Part shown: positions 27,649-36,315 of the stretch, one piece after another
Numbering within the stretch: position 1 is the first letter of the stretch
Layout of the letters: each line of letters begins with the position of its first letter
From: Minisyncoccia bacterium
GTDB lineage: Bacteria > Patescibacteriota > Minisyncoccia > 2-02-FULL-40-12 > IGHO2-01-FULL-4-A
Assembly: GCA_050015375.1 (NCBI GenBank)
Contig: JBEKBN010000008.1
Coordinates: 1-40,787 of the forward strand
Direction: 5' to 3'
DNA: 40,787 nucleotides
The notes under the pieces: generated by a model
Told to the model about the DNA's origin: nothing
The model's input: the letters and a program-made list of their open reading frames with translations, nothing else
Databases searched by the model: none
Position numbers and translations under genes: made by a program

Positions 27649-28173
27649 ATGGCTTTTAGAAAGACAACGGACGAACTTGGTTCCCAACATCAGCGGGTCG
27701 GGGTTTTTGTGGACGCCCAGAACATGTACCACTCGGCCAAAAACCTCTACCATGCCAAAGCCAATTTCAAAAAAATCCTCGAAGAATGCGTCAAAGGCCG
27801 GCAACTCATCCGGGCTTTTGTTTATGTCATCAAGACCGAAGGCGGCGAAGAGAAAGCGTTTTTTGAGGCGCTTGAAAAAAGCGGCTACGAGATAAAAGAA
27901 AAGGATTTGCAGATCTTTCCCGGCGGCATGAAAAAAGCTGATTGGGACGTCGGCATGGCCATTGATGCCGTTATTCTTGCCGACAAAGTTGATGTTGCGG
28001 TGCTGGTCACTGGTGATGGCGACTTCATTCCTCTTTGCGAATACTTGCGGGTCAACAAAGGCCTGAAAGTCGAAGTCGTTTCATTCGAACGCAGTACTTC
28101 CTCGAAACTCAAAGAAACCGCCGATGTTTTCACGGATCTGGGCTCTGATCCTAAGAAGTTCTTGATGTATTGA
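27649..28173 (+). CDS. NYN/LabA-DUF88 PIN-like domain protein
   Basis: VFVDAQNMY, KKADWDVGMAID, VTGDGDF. Confidence 0.92.
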   Translation: MAFRKTTDELGSQHQRVGVFVDAQNMYHSAKNLYHAKANFKKILEECVKGRQLIRAFVYVIKTEGGEEKAFFEALEKSGYEIKEKDLQIFPGGMKKADWDVGMAIDAVILADKVDVAVLVTGDGDFIPLCEYLRVNKGLKVEVVSFERSTSSKLKETADVFTDLGSDPKKFLMY

Positions 28174-28174
28174 T

Positions 28175-28723
28175 ATGGCCAATTCAAAAAAAATCACCGC
28201 GATCATTATAGTCGTCGTCGTTTTAATAATTGTCGGTTTTGCCGTTTCAAAAAAATCAGCCGTGGCGCCGACAATATCACCCACTGTATCAGCGACGCCA
28301 ATCGTGACCAATATCCCCGTTCCTTCCGGTTTGGTTCTTTATCAGAACAATCAATATGGTTTTGGGATGATACTCCCGGGCGATTGGAACGGTTTTTCAA
28401 TTATCAGCGACACCTGGACCGGTTATGTTTTGCCCGACAGTCAGATGACCGAAACTGGGCCGAAAATAATCATCCGCCATCCCGGCTGGACTGCCGGCGC
28501 GCCTTACGAAGATTTGCCGGTGCTGGTTTTCACGCCCGACGAGTGGTCTCAAGTATTGAGAGAACAACTCTCGGTCAGCGCCGCGCCGATTCCGCCGAGT
28601 ATCTTGGGTCAAAATACGAAATATGTTTTCGCTCTTCCCGCCAGATACAACTATGACTATCGAACCGGCTGGCAGGAACTGGACTCGGCGATTATGGATA
28701 AAAATAATTTCAAAACTTTCTAG
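28175..28723 (+). CDS. Membrane-anchored surface protein (PsbP-like family)
   Basis: N-terminal TM anchor, Pro/Thr linker, YQNNQYGF..LPGDW motif. Confidence 0.7.
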   Translation: MANSKKITAIIIVVVVLIIVGFAVSKKSAVAPTISPTVSATPIVTNIPVPSGLVLYQNNQYGFGMILPGDWNGFSIISDTWTGYVLPDSQMTETGPKIIIRHPGWTAGAPYEDLPVLVFTPDEWSQVLREQLSVSAAPIPPSILGQNTKYVFALPARYNYDYRTGWQELDSAIMDKNNFKTF

Positions 28724-28738
28724 CATTGTCATTCCTAC

Positions 28739-28778
28739 TTGATGGCCGTCTTCAAGCATGCTTGAAGACGGCCATCAA
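28739..28778. repeat. Perfect 40-bp palindrome
   Basis: TTGATGGCCGTCTTCAAGCA|TGCTTGAAGACGGCCATCAA with no spacer. Confidence 0.95.
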
Positions 28779-28793
28779 AAGGACTTCAAAAAC

Positions 28794-29450
28794 ATGGACG
28801 AATTCAGTCCTCTGCCCAGCGAAAATACCCCACCGCTGATTCCGGTCGAACCGAAGAAGAAATTCAATCTCAAGATTTGGATTCCGATTATTGTGGTTGT
28901 TTTGCTGATTGTCGGCTATGTCGCAATTGCAGAAAACCACGGCTGGTGGCCGATGAATCAGTTAATTCCAACAGCGACACCCATCTATTCTCCACCTTGT
29001 TGCAAAACAAACCCGACCCCATTTCCGACTACTGACAATTGGAAAACTTATACCAATAACCAATATGGGTTTGACCTGAAATATCCGGCGGAATGGAATC
29101 AAAGCGGTGATAAATTAGTTGGTGAAAACGGTGAGAGTATGTTGCTTATTTCGGTGATAAAAACTACCTCCAGTAATATTCAAGATTGGTTCGATAACGA
29201 ATTCAAAAGCCGGAATAGTAATGAAAAACCAACATATTCGAGTATCGTCATAGCCGGTTTTCCAGCTTTGCATTATGAAGATCCGACAGTTATTTTTAAA
29301 AGCGGAACGGGTGTCGGCAATTGCATATCGGATAATGTTTTTATTAAAAATGGTAATCTTTATGATCTCCAGGAAGGAGCCACAGCATGCAGTTATTATC
29401 CCGAAGTTGTTTTTTCCCAAATCCTCTCCACATTCAAATTCACAAAATAG
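28794..29450 (+). CDS. Membrane-anchored PsbP-like surface protein, array member
   Basis: PVEPKK-TM-GWWP; NWKTYTNNQYGFDLKYP; QILSTFKFTK. Start revised from 28758, which lies inside the palindrome. Confidence 0.75.
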   Translation: MDEFSPLPSENTPPLIPVEPKKKFNLKIWIPIIVVVLLIVGYVAIAENHGWWPMNQLIPTATPIYSPPCCKTNPTPFPTTDNWKTYTNNQYGFDLKYPAEWNQSGDKLVGENGESMLLISVIKTTSSNIQDWFDNEFKSRNSNEKPTYSSIVIAGFPALHYEDPTVIFKSGTGVGNCISDNVFIKNGNLYDLQEGATACSYYPEVVFSQILSTFKFTK

Positions 29451-30767
29451 CCCAAACCACCCAAGATGTTTCCCAAGATTTCTTGTGAAACATTGAAAAA
29501 TGGCTTGTTGAGCAATATGGATCAACCAAATCCAATGCAAGAACAAAATAATCCAATGCAGAACCAAAATCCGTCAATGTCAGTTCCGCCGATGCCGCCG
29601 GTAGAACCCAAAAAGGGTCTAAAAAAATTCTTACCCTCCCTCCTCATCATTGTCATCCTAGCCGCCATATATGTTTGCTTTGCCGCGTTTTTCGGCTGGT
29701 GGCCGATGAGCCGGAATCAGGTATCAAGTATCAAGAATCAAGGGAATCCAACCCTCTCCCCGACCCAAGACCTGACCACGAATTGGAAAACCTATTCGAA
29801 TTCGACTTACGGATTTGAATTAAAATATCCGAGCGATTGGAATGATTTGAAAATTGATGATGAAAATCTTGATTTGAATGTTACTCCCGGTGGCGATGAT
29901 TCGCTCACATTATATCTCAAAACATCCGACAAAAATTATGAAAATAATTGGAAATACACAGATAATTTTGGATATGCTCCCATGTTTACGATCGATATTA
30001 ATACACCGGTGTCTTGGAAAAATAACTGGGAAAATCCAAATCGTCCCGCTACAGGCAAACCAACTATTTTAACTCAAAACGATAAATTTATTATTGCTTA
30101 CACAAAATCCCAAAATTGCCCATCTGATTTATCTGTAGCATGTGGCAAGACAGACCAAATCCTCTCCACCTTCAAGTTCACAAGCCAAATCGATACTTCA
30201 AGCTGGAAAACCTACACCAACAGCCAGTATGGGTTTGAATTTAAATATCCATCAAATTACTCCGAAGTTCTACCGGCTCCAGGAGGCGGAGTTAATCCTG
30301 AAGGATACACGTCCTTCATTGCCGGTTCGAAATCAACTACATTCCATCTGAATTTCACCAAGTTTTCAGGTTCTGTCAGCGAATTGGTGGCCCTAAATAA
30401 ACAGCAAAAAGCTTTTTCTGTTCAATTTTCCTCACCGCAAACCATCACCGAGCAGAAAACAATTAACAATCTTGATATAACTTGGTACGACAACAATCAG
30501 GTGTATTTCGTTTCTAATGGTTTTGGTTTTATGCTTTTTTCCGATGACAAAAATGTATCTATGATTGACCAAATCCTCTCCACCTTCAAATTCACAAAAT
30601 AATCCAAGCCACCCAAGATGTTTTCCAAGATTTCTTGTGAAACATTGAAAAATGGCTTGTTGAGCGATATGGATCAACCAAATCCAATGCAAGAACAAAA
30701 TAATCCAATGCAGAACCAAAATCCGTCAATGTCTGTTCCGCCGATGCCGCCGGTCGAACCCAAAAAG
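29417..30767 (+). repeat. Near-identical ~199-bp direct repeat (29417-29615 and 30569-30767)
   Basis: Covers a gene 3' end, the intergenic spacer and the next gene's 5' end; only a few substitutions; offset 1152 bp. Confidence 0.95.
29517..30602 (+). CDS. Membrane-anchored surface protein with two PsbP-like domains
   Basis: Two WKTY.N..YGFE.KYP ... DQILSTFKFT units; likely start MDQPNP. Confidence 0.8.
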   Translation: MDQPNPMQEQNNPMQNQNPSMSVPPMPPVEPKKGLKKFLPSLLIIVILAAIYVCFAAFFGWWPMSRNQVSSIKNQGNPTLSPTQDLTTNWKTYSNSTYGFELKYPSDWNDLKIDDENLDLNVTPGGDDSLTLYLKTSDKNYENNWKYTDNFGYAPMFTIDINTPVSWKNNWENPNRPATGKPTILTQNDKFIIAYTKSQNCPSDLSVACGKTDQILSTFKFTSQIDTSSWKTYTNSQYGFEFKYPSNYSEVLPAPGGGVNPEGYTSFIAGSKSTTFHLNFTKFSGSVSELVALNKQQKAFSVQFSSPQTITEQKTINNLDITWYDNNQVYFVSNGFGFMLFSDDKNVSMIDQILSTFKFTK

Positions 30768-31319
30768 AAATTCAATCTCAAATTTTGGATTCCGGCTCTG
30801 GTAGTTGTTGTTATAGCATTGGTCGCCATTTGGCTTTATGGAAGATACATCTCCCAAATGGACAACAACATCGTGACCAGTATGAACAATGCTTCGCAGA
30901 CGGCCACCCCCAGACCGTCGGCAACTCCCCAAAATTCATTCGCTAATCCAGACGGAGGTTATAGTTTTGAAGTTCCCGCCGGATGGAATGTCGCAGTCAA
31001 CAAATATAATAATAAAAATTCCTTGTTTAGCCCGAATGCCGACAGCGGTTCCGGACTGGGCGGCGTGGAGGTTTTCGGTGGCTATTCGTCAATCGACGCT
31101 TTTTTGGGAGGCGTGTCAGCGCAATATACGAACAAAACCAGTGTAACCATTGACGGAATTTCGGGCATCAGGACTCAATACAAAGGTTCGGCCTCAAGCG
31201 GTGAGCAAGCCGTTCTTATCAAAAACGGAACCATTTACAACATCTACGTCAACAGCGAGAGCCAGCAGGATGTCAGTTTATTCGATCAAATTCTCTCCAC
31301 CTTCAAATTCACCCAATAG
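30669..31319 (+). CDS. Membrane-anchored PsbP-like surface protein, array member
   Basis: Same N-terminus as the previous gene; YSFEVPAGW; FDQILSTFKFTQ. Confidence 0.8.
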   Translation: MDQPNPMQEQNNPMQNQNPSMSVPPMPPVEPKKKFNLKFWIPALVVVVIALVAIWLYGRYISQMDNNIVTSMNNASQTATPRPSATPQNSFANPDGGYSFEVPAGWNVAVNKYNNKNSLFSPNADSGSGLGGVEVFGGYSSIDAFLGGVSAQYTNKTSVTIDGISGIRTQYKGSASSGEQAVLIKNGTIYNIYVNSESQQDVSLFDQILSTFKFTQ

Positions 31320-31324
31320 ATTCA

Positions 31325-31369
31325 ATCCCCAATCAAAAATCCAGCTTTGCTGGATTTTTGATTGGGGAT
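31325..31369. terminator. 21-bp perfect hairpin ending the surface-protein array
   Basis: ATCCCCAATCAAAAATCCAGC-TTT-GCTGGATTTTTGATTGGGGAT; no clear U-tail. Confidence 0.55.
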
Positions 31370-31509
31370 GTGGTAATCTGAAAATGTAAATTGACAAATA
31401 AAAAGATCGGGAGAGGAAGCAAACGATGGGGCTTTGGCCACACCGGAGAATTTATTCTCCGGTGTGGCCAGAATCTTACTCTTCCCTCCGTTTATTTGTT
31501 TTTGTTTGT

Positions 31510-33699
31510 ATGGAAATTAAGACATATTCCGAAGAGTTTGCCGGAAAAAAACTCTTTGTCGAATTCGGCCGCCTTGCCGGGCAGGCCAACGGCTCTTGCC
31601 GTGTCCAGTATGGCGACACGACCATTTTGGCGACCGTGACCATGTCGGAACACGCCAAAGATGCCGACTATTTTCCCCTCACGGTGGATTACGAGGAGAA
31701 ATATTACGCCGCCGGAAAGATCAAGGGTTCCAAATGGATAAAGCGCGAATCCCGGCCGTCCGAAGAAGCCATTTTGACAGCTCGGGTCATTGACCGTTCG
31801 CTTCGTCCCAGGTTTAATCAGGGCATCCGCAACGAGGTCCAAGTCGTGCCAACAGTTCTCTCATTTGACGGCATCAACGACCCGGACATTCCGGCGCTTT
31901 TCGCGTCCTCGCTGGCGCTGATGGTTTCGGATATTCCTTTTGGCGGTCCGATCGCCGGCGTCCGCGTCGGTAGAGTTGACGGCAAGTTTGTCATCAATCC
32001 GACTTACGCCGAGCGCATCAAAAGCGACATGGATATTATTGTTTCAGGCACGGCCAACCGTATCAACATGATCGAAGCCGGCATAAAAATCGTTCCCGAA
32101 ACCGAAGTTGCCGAAGCTATCAGCCACGCCTTTAAGGAATTGAAAAAATTGACCGATTTCCAGACCAAGATCGCCAAGGACTTCAATGTCAAAAAGAAAG
32201 AATTGATTATTGCCAGACACGACGAATCTTTGGTTTTGTTAGTCAAAAAATTCGCCGACCCGAAACTGGAAAAAACTCTTTATGCTCCGGGCCAGTCAAA
32301 ATCCGAATTTTACGAAGGCCTGGGCCAGATAAAAAACGAGCTCAACGAATATATCAAAAAAGAATTCAACGAAAATCCCGAGTTGCCGAAAAAATTGAAA
32401 GAATCAGATGTGATTTTTGAAGAAGAAATTAACCGCATCGTTCACAAAAACATCGTTGATCCGCCGGCTGGCGGAGAAAAACGCCCCGACGGCCGGAAAA
32501 TTGACGAGCTGCGAGAATTATCGGCCGAAGTCGGCGTCATCCCCCACACTCACGGTTCCGGGCTCTTTAATCGCGGCACAACCCAAGCGTTATCAATTCT
32601 GACTCTGGCCTCGCCGGGCGCCGAGCAATGGATCGAGACCATGGAGATCGAACTTACCAAAAAAAGATTCATGCATCATTATGTCTTCCCGCCGTTTTCG
32701 GTCGGCGAAGTCGGCCGGATGGGTTTCACCGGCCGGCGCGAGATCGGTCATGGCGCGCTTGCCGAACGGGCGCTGGAGCCGATAATCCCAAGCAAAGACG
32801 ATTTCCCCTACACTATTCGCGTCGTCTCTGAAATTTTGTCGTCAAACGGTTCATCCTCGATGGCCTCGGTTTGCGGTTCGTCTCTGGCTCTTATGGACGG
32901 CGGTGTGCCGGTTAAAACTCCGGCCGCCGGCATCGCCATGGGTTTGATGTTCTCCGCCAAAAGCTCGCAAAGCGAGCATTTAGGCGGATCCGCCACAATG
33001 CTTGCGGAGCAAGCTTTGGGCGGAGATGATAGAAATGAAAAGCTAGAATACAAAGTCCTGACCGATATTCAAGGCCCCGAGGATCATCACGGCGACATGG
33101 ATCTGAAAGTTGCCGGCACCAAGGACGGCATCACCGCAATGCAGATGGATGTGAAAGTCGAGGGCATTAACATTGAAATTCTTGAAGCCGCTTTCAAACA
33201 AGCCAAAAAAGCCCGGCTGGAAATTTTGGAAGCGATGGCTAAAGCCATCACCACTCATCGCGCCGACCTCGCGCCGACCGCTCCCAGAGTCAAGATCATC
33301 AAGATCAATCCCGAAAAGATCGGTGCTCTCATCGGCCCGCAGGGCAAAGTTATCAACGGCATCATCGAACGCACCGGCGTCCAAATTGATATTGACGATG
33401 ACGGCTCAGTGTTCATAACTTCAGATTCCGCCGAAGGAATGAAGTCGGCTTTGAGGATGGTCAACGAAGTAACTTACGAAGCCAAACCCGGCGACGAGTT
33501 CGATGGAATTGTCTCCAGATTGCTTGATTTTGGCGCAATGATTGAGTATTTGCCGGGCAAAGAAGGGTTGGTTCATGTCTCGGAAATCTCTCATCAGCAG
33601 ATCCGCCGGCCGTCGGATGTCTTGAAACTCGGCCAGCACGTCCATGTGCGTGTGAAAAACATAGACGACTATGGTAGAATAAACTTAAGCATGAAGTAA
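31510..33699 (+). CDS. pnp: Polyribonucleotide nucleotidyltransferase (PNPase)
   Basis: YFPLTVDYEEK, RREIGHGALAE, SNGSSSMAS, EDHHGDMDLKVAGT, KH and S1 domains. Start revised to ATG 31510. Confidence 0.98.
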   Translation: MEIKTYSEEFAGKKLFVEFGRLAGQANGSCRVQYGDTTILATVTMSEHAKDADYFPLTVDYEEKYYAAGKIKGSKWIKRESRPSEEAILTARVIDRSLRPRFNQGIRNEVQVVPTVLSFDGINDPDIPALFASSLALMVSDIPFGGPIAGVRVGRVDGKFVINPTYAERIKSDMDIIVSGTANRINMIEAGIKIVPETEVAEAISHAFKELKKLTDFQTKIAKDFNVKKKELIIARHDESLVLLVKKFADPKLEKTLYAPGQSKSEFYEGLGQIKNELNEYIKKEFNENPELPKKLKESDVIFEEEINRIVHKNIVDPPAGGEKRPDGRKIDELRELSAEVGVIPHTHGSGLFNRGTTQALSILTLASPGAEQWIETMEIELTKKRFMHHYVFPPFSVGEVGRMGFTGRREIGHGALAERALEPIIPSKDDFPYTIRVVSEILSSNGSSSMASVCGSSLALMDGGVPVKTPAAGIAMGLMFSAKSSQSEHLGGSATMLAEQALGGDDRNEKLEYKVLTDIQGPEDHHGDMDLKVAGTKDGITAMQMDVKVEGINIEILEAAFKQAKKARLEILEAMAKAITTHRADLAPTAPRVKIIKINPEKIGALIGPQGKVINGIIERTGVQIDIDDDGSVFITSDSAEGMKSALRMVNEVTYEAKPGDEFDGIVSRLLDFGAMIEYLPGKEGLVHVSEISHQQIRRPSDVLKLGQHVHVRVKNIDDYGRINLSMK

Positions 33700-33700
33700 C

Positions 33701-33770
33701 TACTACGAAGTTACGGATCTTTACGAATATACGAATTCGTAAATTCGTATTCATTCGTAAATTAGTAGTA
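33701..33770. repeat. Imperfect palindrome built from TACGAA/TTCGTA units
   Basis: TACGAA-like units in the left half, TTCGTA units in the right half, TACTA/TAGTA ends. Confidence 0.8.
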
Positions 33771-33773
33771 ACA

Positions 33774-35564
33774 ATGGATAATCCGAACATTCCATCATCG
33801 TCGAATCCCAATTCTCAATCATCTTCGTCGTCAGGTGTCGGCGCTCCGCCGCCAAATCTTCCGATAAAACCGATTCCCTCGTCTGCTGGCTCGGGATTTC
33901 CGGCAACGGGTACGCCTCCAACAACTCCGCCGCCTCCGACTCCCAATATTACTCCGCCTCCGCCGATGCAACCCAAACCGGCCACAACTCCCCAGCCCGG
34001 TTCTTTTTCAGCCCAACCAGCAATGCCTGCTCCCTCGTCTGCTGGCCTCTCGCCGTCCGGCTCGGGATCTTCGACTCGATTTCCGGCGACCCCTTCGGCA
34101 AGTTCAGGGCAGGCGGGCACACCTCTAACGCCAACGACGCCAAAACCCATGACCCCGCCCCCGATGCCTCCGCCAATACCCCGTCCGATCGTTCCGACAC
34201 CTCCGGTTACGCCTCCCAATTCGTTCATACCGCCAAAACCGCCTCAATCGGCTGTAGCCCCGCCATTGGCACCAGCTCCCAGACCAACTCCCTCAACACC
34301 GCCTGCGCCTCCGACCCAACCAGCTCCGGCTCCTCAAAATTTAAGATCCTCCATCAGAACCATGGAAGACGATGTCGCGGCCTTGAAAAAAGGTGAAGCG
34401 CCAGTAGGTTTTGGTATGCAAAAACAAACCTATGTTCCGCCACCGCCACCGCCAGCCGGACCACCGGGCCAGTCAGCTTCTCAAGCCCCGCAATCATTTT
34501 CCCAGACATTTCCAAAAGCTGGCGGCGGCATAGAACTTGGCAAGACCGAAAAAGCCAAACCGCTTTCCGGTTCTTCCTATCCCCGGCCATCCACTCCCGC
34601 ACCCACGCCACCATCGCCCGGCCAAGGTGCGAATATCGAACTTGGCAAAACAGAAAAAGCCAAATCATTGTCTCCGACACCAATGCCCGGACGAAGTCCC
34701 CTGCCATCTCTTGGCAGATCCGCGCCGGTAAATCCCGCTTCGGCCACACCCGCTTATAATATCCCGCCACCCAAAAAAGGCGGTCTCAGTCCCACCGTTT
34801 TGATAATCGCGGTCGTTATCTTGGCCATTGTCGGTTTTTCGGTTTGGTTTTTCGTTTTTCACCAGCCGCAAGCCACCTTGACCAATCAGCCCACACCCAA
34901 CGGCACCATTATTGTTTCGGCAACGCCGATCCCGGCCATTGAGACGGTTTTTCCGGTGGTTGATTCGGTCACTCTCGAGGCATCCAGCGCCAGCTTCTCA
35001 ACATTCAAAGATATCGTCAGTCCTCAGATCCAAAATTCCGGCGAAGCCGGTTTGTACAAGGTTTTCCGGCCGCAGAAGGCCAACGGCGACCAATATGCTT
35101 TCAGCGAATTCATGACCGGTAGCGGGGTCAACGTGCCCCAAAATATCGTTTCATTGCTTAACGACCAGGATTTTTACATCACCGCCATCCGCGAGGCCAA
35201 TAACTCCATCGGCTACGGCTTCATTGTTGGGGTCAAAGGCAGTAGCGCCGATCTCCAAGCGGCTTTGACGCCATGGGAAAGCGGCCTGTCGGACGCCTTG
35301 AAATATTTGTTTGGTTTTGACGAGACGAAAGCGGCTTCACCCGGCTTCAATGATAATCTTTACGAAGGGGTCCATATCCGCTATCGGAATTTCCCGACGC
35401 CGGTTTCAACCATTGATTACGCCGTTATCACGACAGCGGACGGAAACTCATTCCTGGTATTTACCAATTCAAAAGAACACATTTACTCGATAATCGATAA
35501 AATGAGAACCATTATTCCGTTAATTTCCGTCACGCCCACGTTGTCCCCCAGCCCCAGCCAGTGA
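33774..35564 (+). CDS. Proline-rich single-pass membrane protein
   Basis: About 330 aa of Pro/Ser/Thr-rich N-terminus with IRTMEDD and a duplicated IELGKTEKAK motif, one TM helix, and a globular C-terminal domain. Confidence 0.8.
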   Translation: MDNPNIPSSSNPNSQSSSSSGVGAPPPNLPIKPIPSSAGSGFPATGTPPTTPPPPTPNITPPPPMQPKPATTPQPGSFSAQPAMPAPSSAGLSPSGSGSSTRFPATPSASSGQAGTPLTPTTPKPMTPPPMPPPIPRPIVPTPPVTPPNSFIPPKPPQSAVAPPLAPAPRPTPSTPPAPPTQPAPAPQNLRSSIRTMEDDVAALKKGEAPVGFGMQKQTYVPPPPPPAGPPGQSASQAPQSFSQTFPKAGGGIELGKTEKAKPLSGSSYPRPSTPAPTPPSPGQGANIELGKTEKAKSLSPTPMPGRSPLPSLGRSAPVNPASATPAYNIPPPKKGGLSPTVLIIAVVILAIVGFSVWFFVFHQPQATLTNQPTPNGTIIVSATPIPAIETVFPVVDSVTLEASSASFSTFKDIVSPQIQNSGEAGLYKVFRPQKANGDQYAFSEFMTGSGVNVPQNIVSLLNDQDFYITAIREANNSIGYGFIVGVKGSSADLQAALTPWESGLSDALKYLFGFDETKAASPGFNDNLYEGVHIRYRNFPTPVSTIDYAVITTADGNSFLVFTNSKEHIYSIIDKMRTIIPLISVTPTLSPSPSQ

Positions 35565-35626
35565 GTCCTCTCCGGATTATCCACAGTTCGGGTTGCGTGA
35601 TCCGGCAACCGGTTTATAATCAGAAC

Positions 35627-35815
35627 AGCACCTTGATGTAGCTGGTTTGTCTTTCGAAAGGCAATTCGGCTGTCTTGTTTTTGCCAGTCCCGACTCTTTG
35701 AGTCGAGGATTCTCGATTTCCGCCAACGGAAATCGGGACCCTATGGCTGGCCATACTGGGGCGCTGCCCCCACATTAACGATGTCATGGGCTCAAGCGCC
35801 CTTTATCGTTTTTTA
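35627..35815 (+). ncRNA. Candidate structured ncRNA of unknown family
   Basis: Follows TTGCGT-N16-TATAAT; contains several hairpins and a potential 3' pseudoknot, and ends in a T-run; the next gene has its own promoter (35850-35877). Confidence 0.5.
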
Positions 35816-35923
35816 TAGTACCATACTAAATCATTTTCAGGCGCGGCTCTTGCAAATTTTTTTCATGGGTATATAATGTGCCTTCACTTTTCTGTGTTGT
35901 GAAATGGAACAAAAATTTTCAGT

Positions 35924-36301
35924 ATGGAAACATCGGAAATCAAAAAACTAAAGAAAGATCTGCTCAAGGAATTGCAGGAGATCGAAACCGAACTAGCAAG
36001 GTTCACCACCAAGAACCCTGTGGTTAAGGACGACTACAAAGCCGTCTATCCCAAAGCCGATTCGCTTGATACTCTTGATGAGCAAGCCCATAGCGTAACG
36101 GAATATGAACAGGAAATGGGTGTCGAACAAAGTTTGGAACTCCGGCGGAAAGAGATAAAAGAGACGCTTGAAAAAATTGATTCGGGCGCCTATGGCCTTT
36201 GCACTAATTGCCAATTGCCGATCGAGGAAAACCGTCTGAAAGCCATGCCGGTGGCTAAATATTGCCTGAATTGCGCCAAGAATATTAACCTAGTCGGTTA
36301 G
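35924..36301 (+). CDS. TraR/DksA C4-type zinc finger protein
   Basis: Coiled coil with DTLDEQA; YGLCTNC..IEENRLKAMP..CLNC. Confidence 0.9.
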   Translation: METSEIKKLKKDLLKELQEIETELARFTTKNPVVKDDYKAVYPKADSLDTLDEQAHSVTEYEQEMGVEQSLELRRKEIKETLEKIDSGAYGLCTNCQLPIEENRLKAMPVAKYCLNCAKNINLVG

Positions 36302-36315
36302 CAAAAATTTTTCGC

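Noticed and set aside
29417-30767. CRISPR array
   Set aside because: The repeats are ~199-bp gene-junction duplications, not 25-45 bp repeats with spacers, and there are no cas genes.
31426-31509. N-terminal extensions in the ORF track for pnp (also rpsO 27322 and array genes 28758, 29466, 30618)
   Set aside because: The extensions run through hairpins, promoters or spacers; family-like sequence begins at the downstream ATGs.
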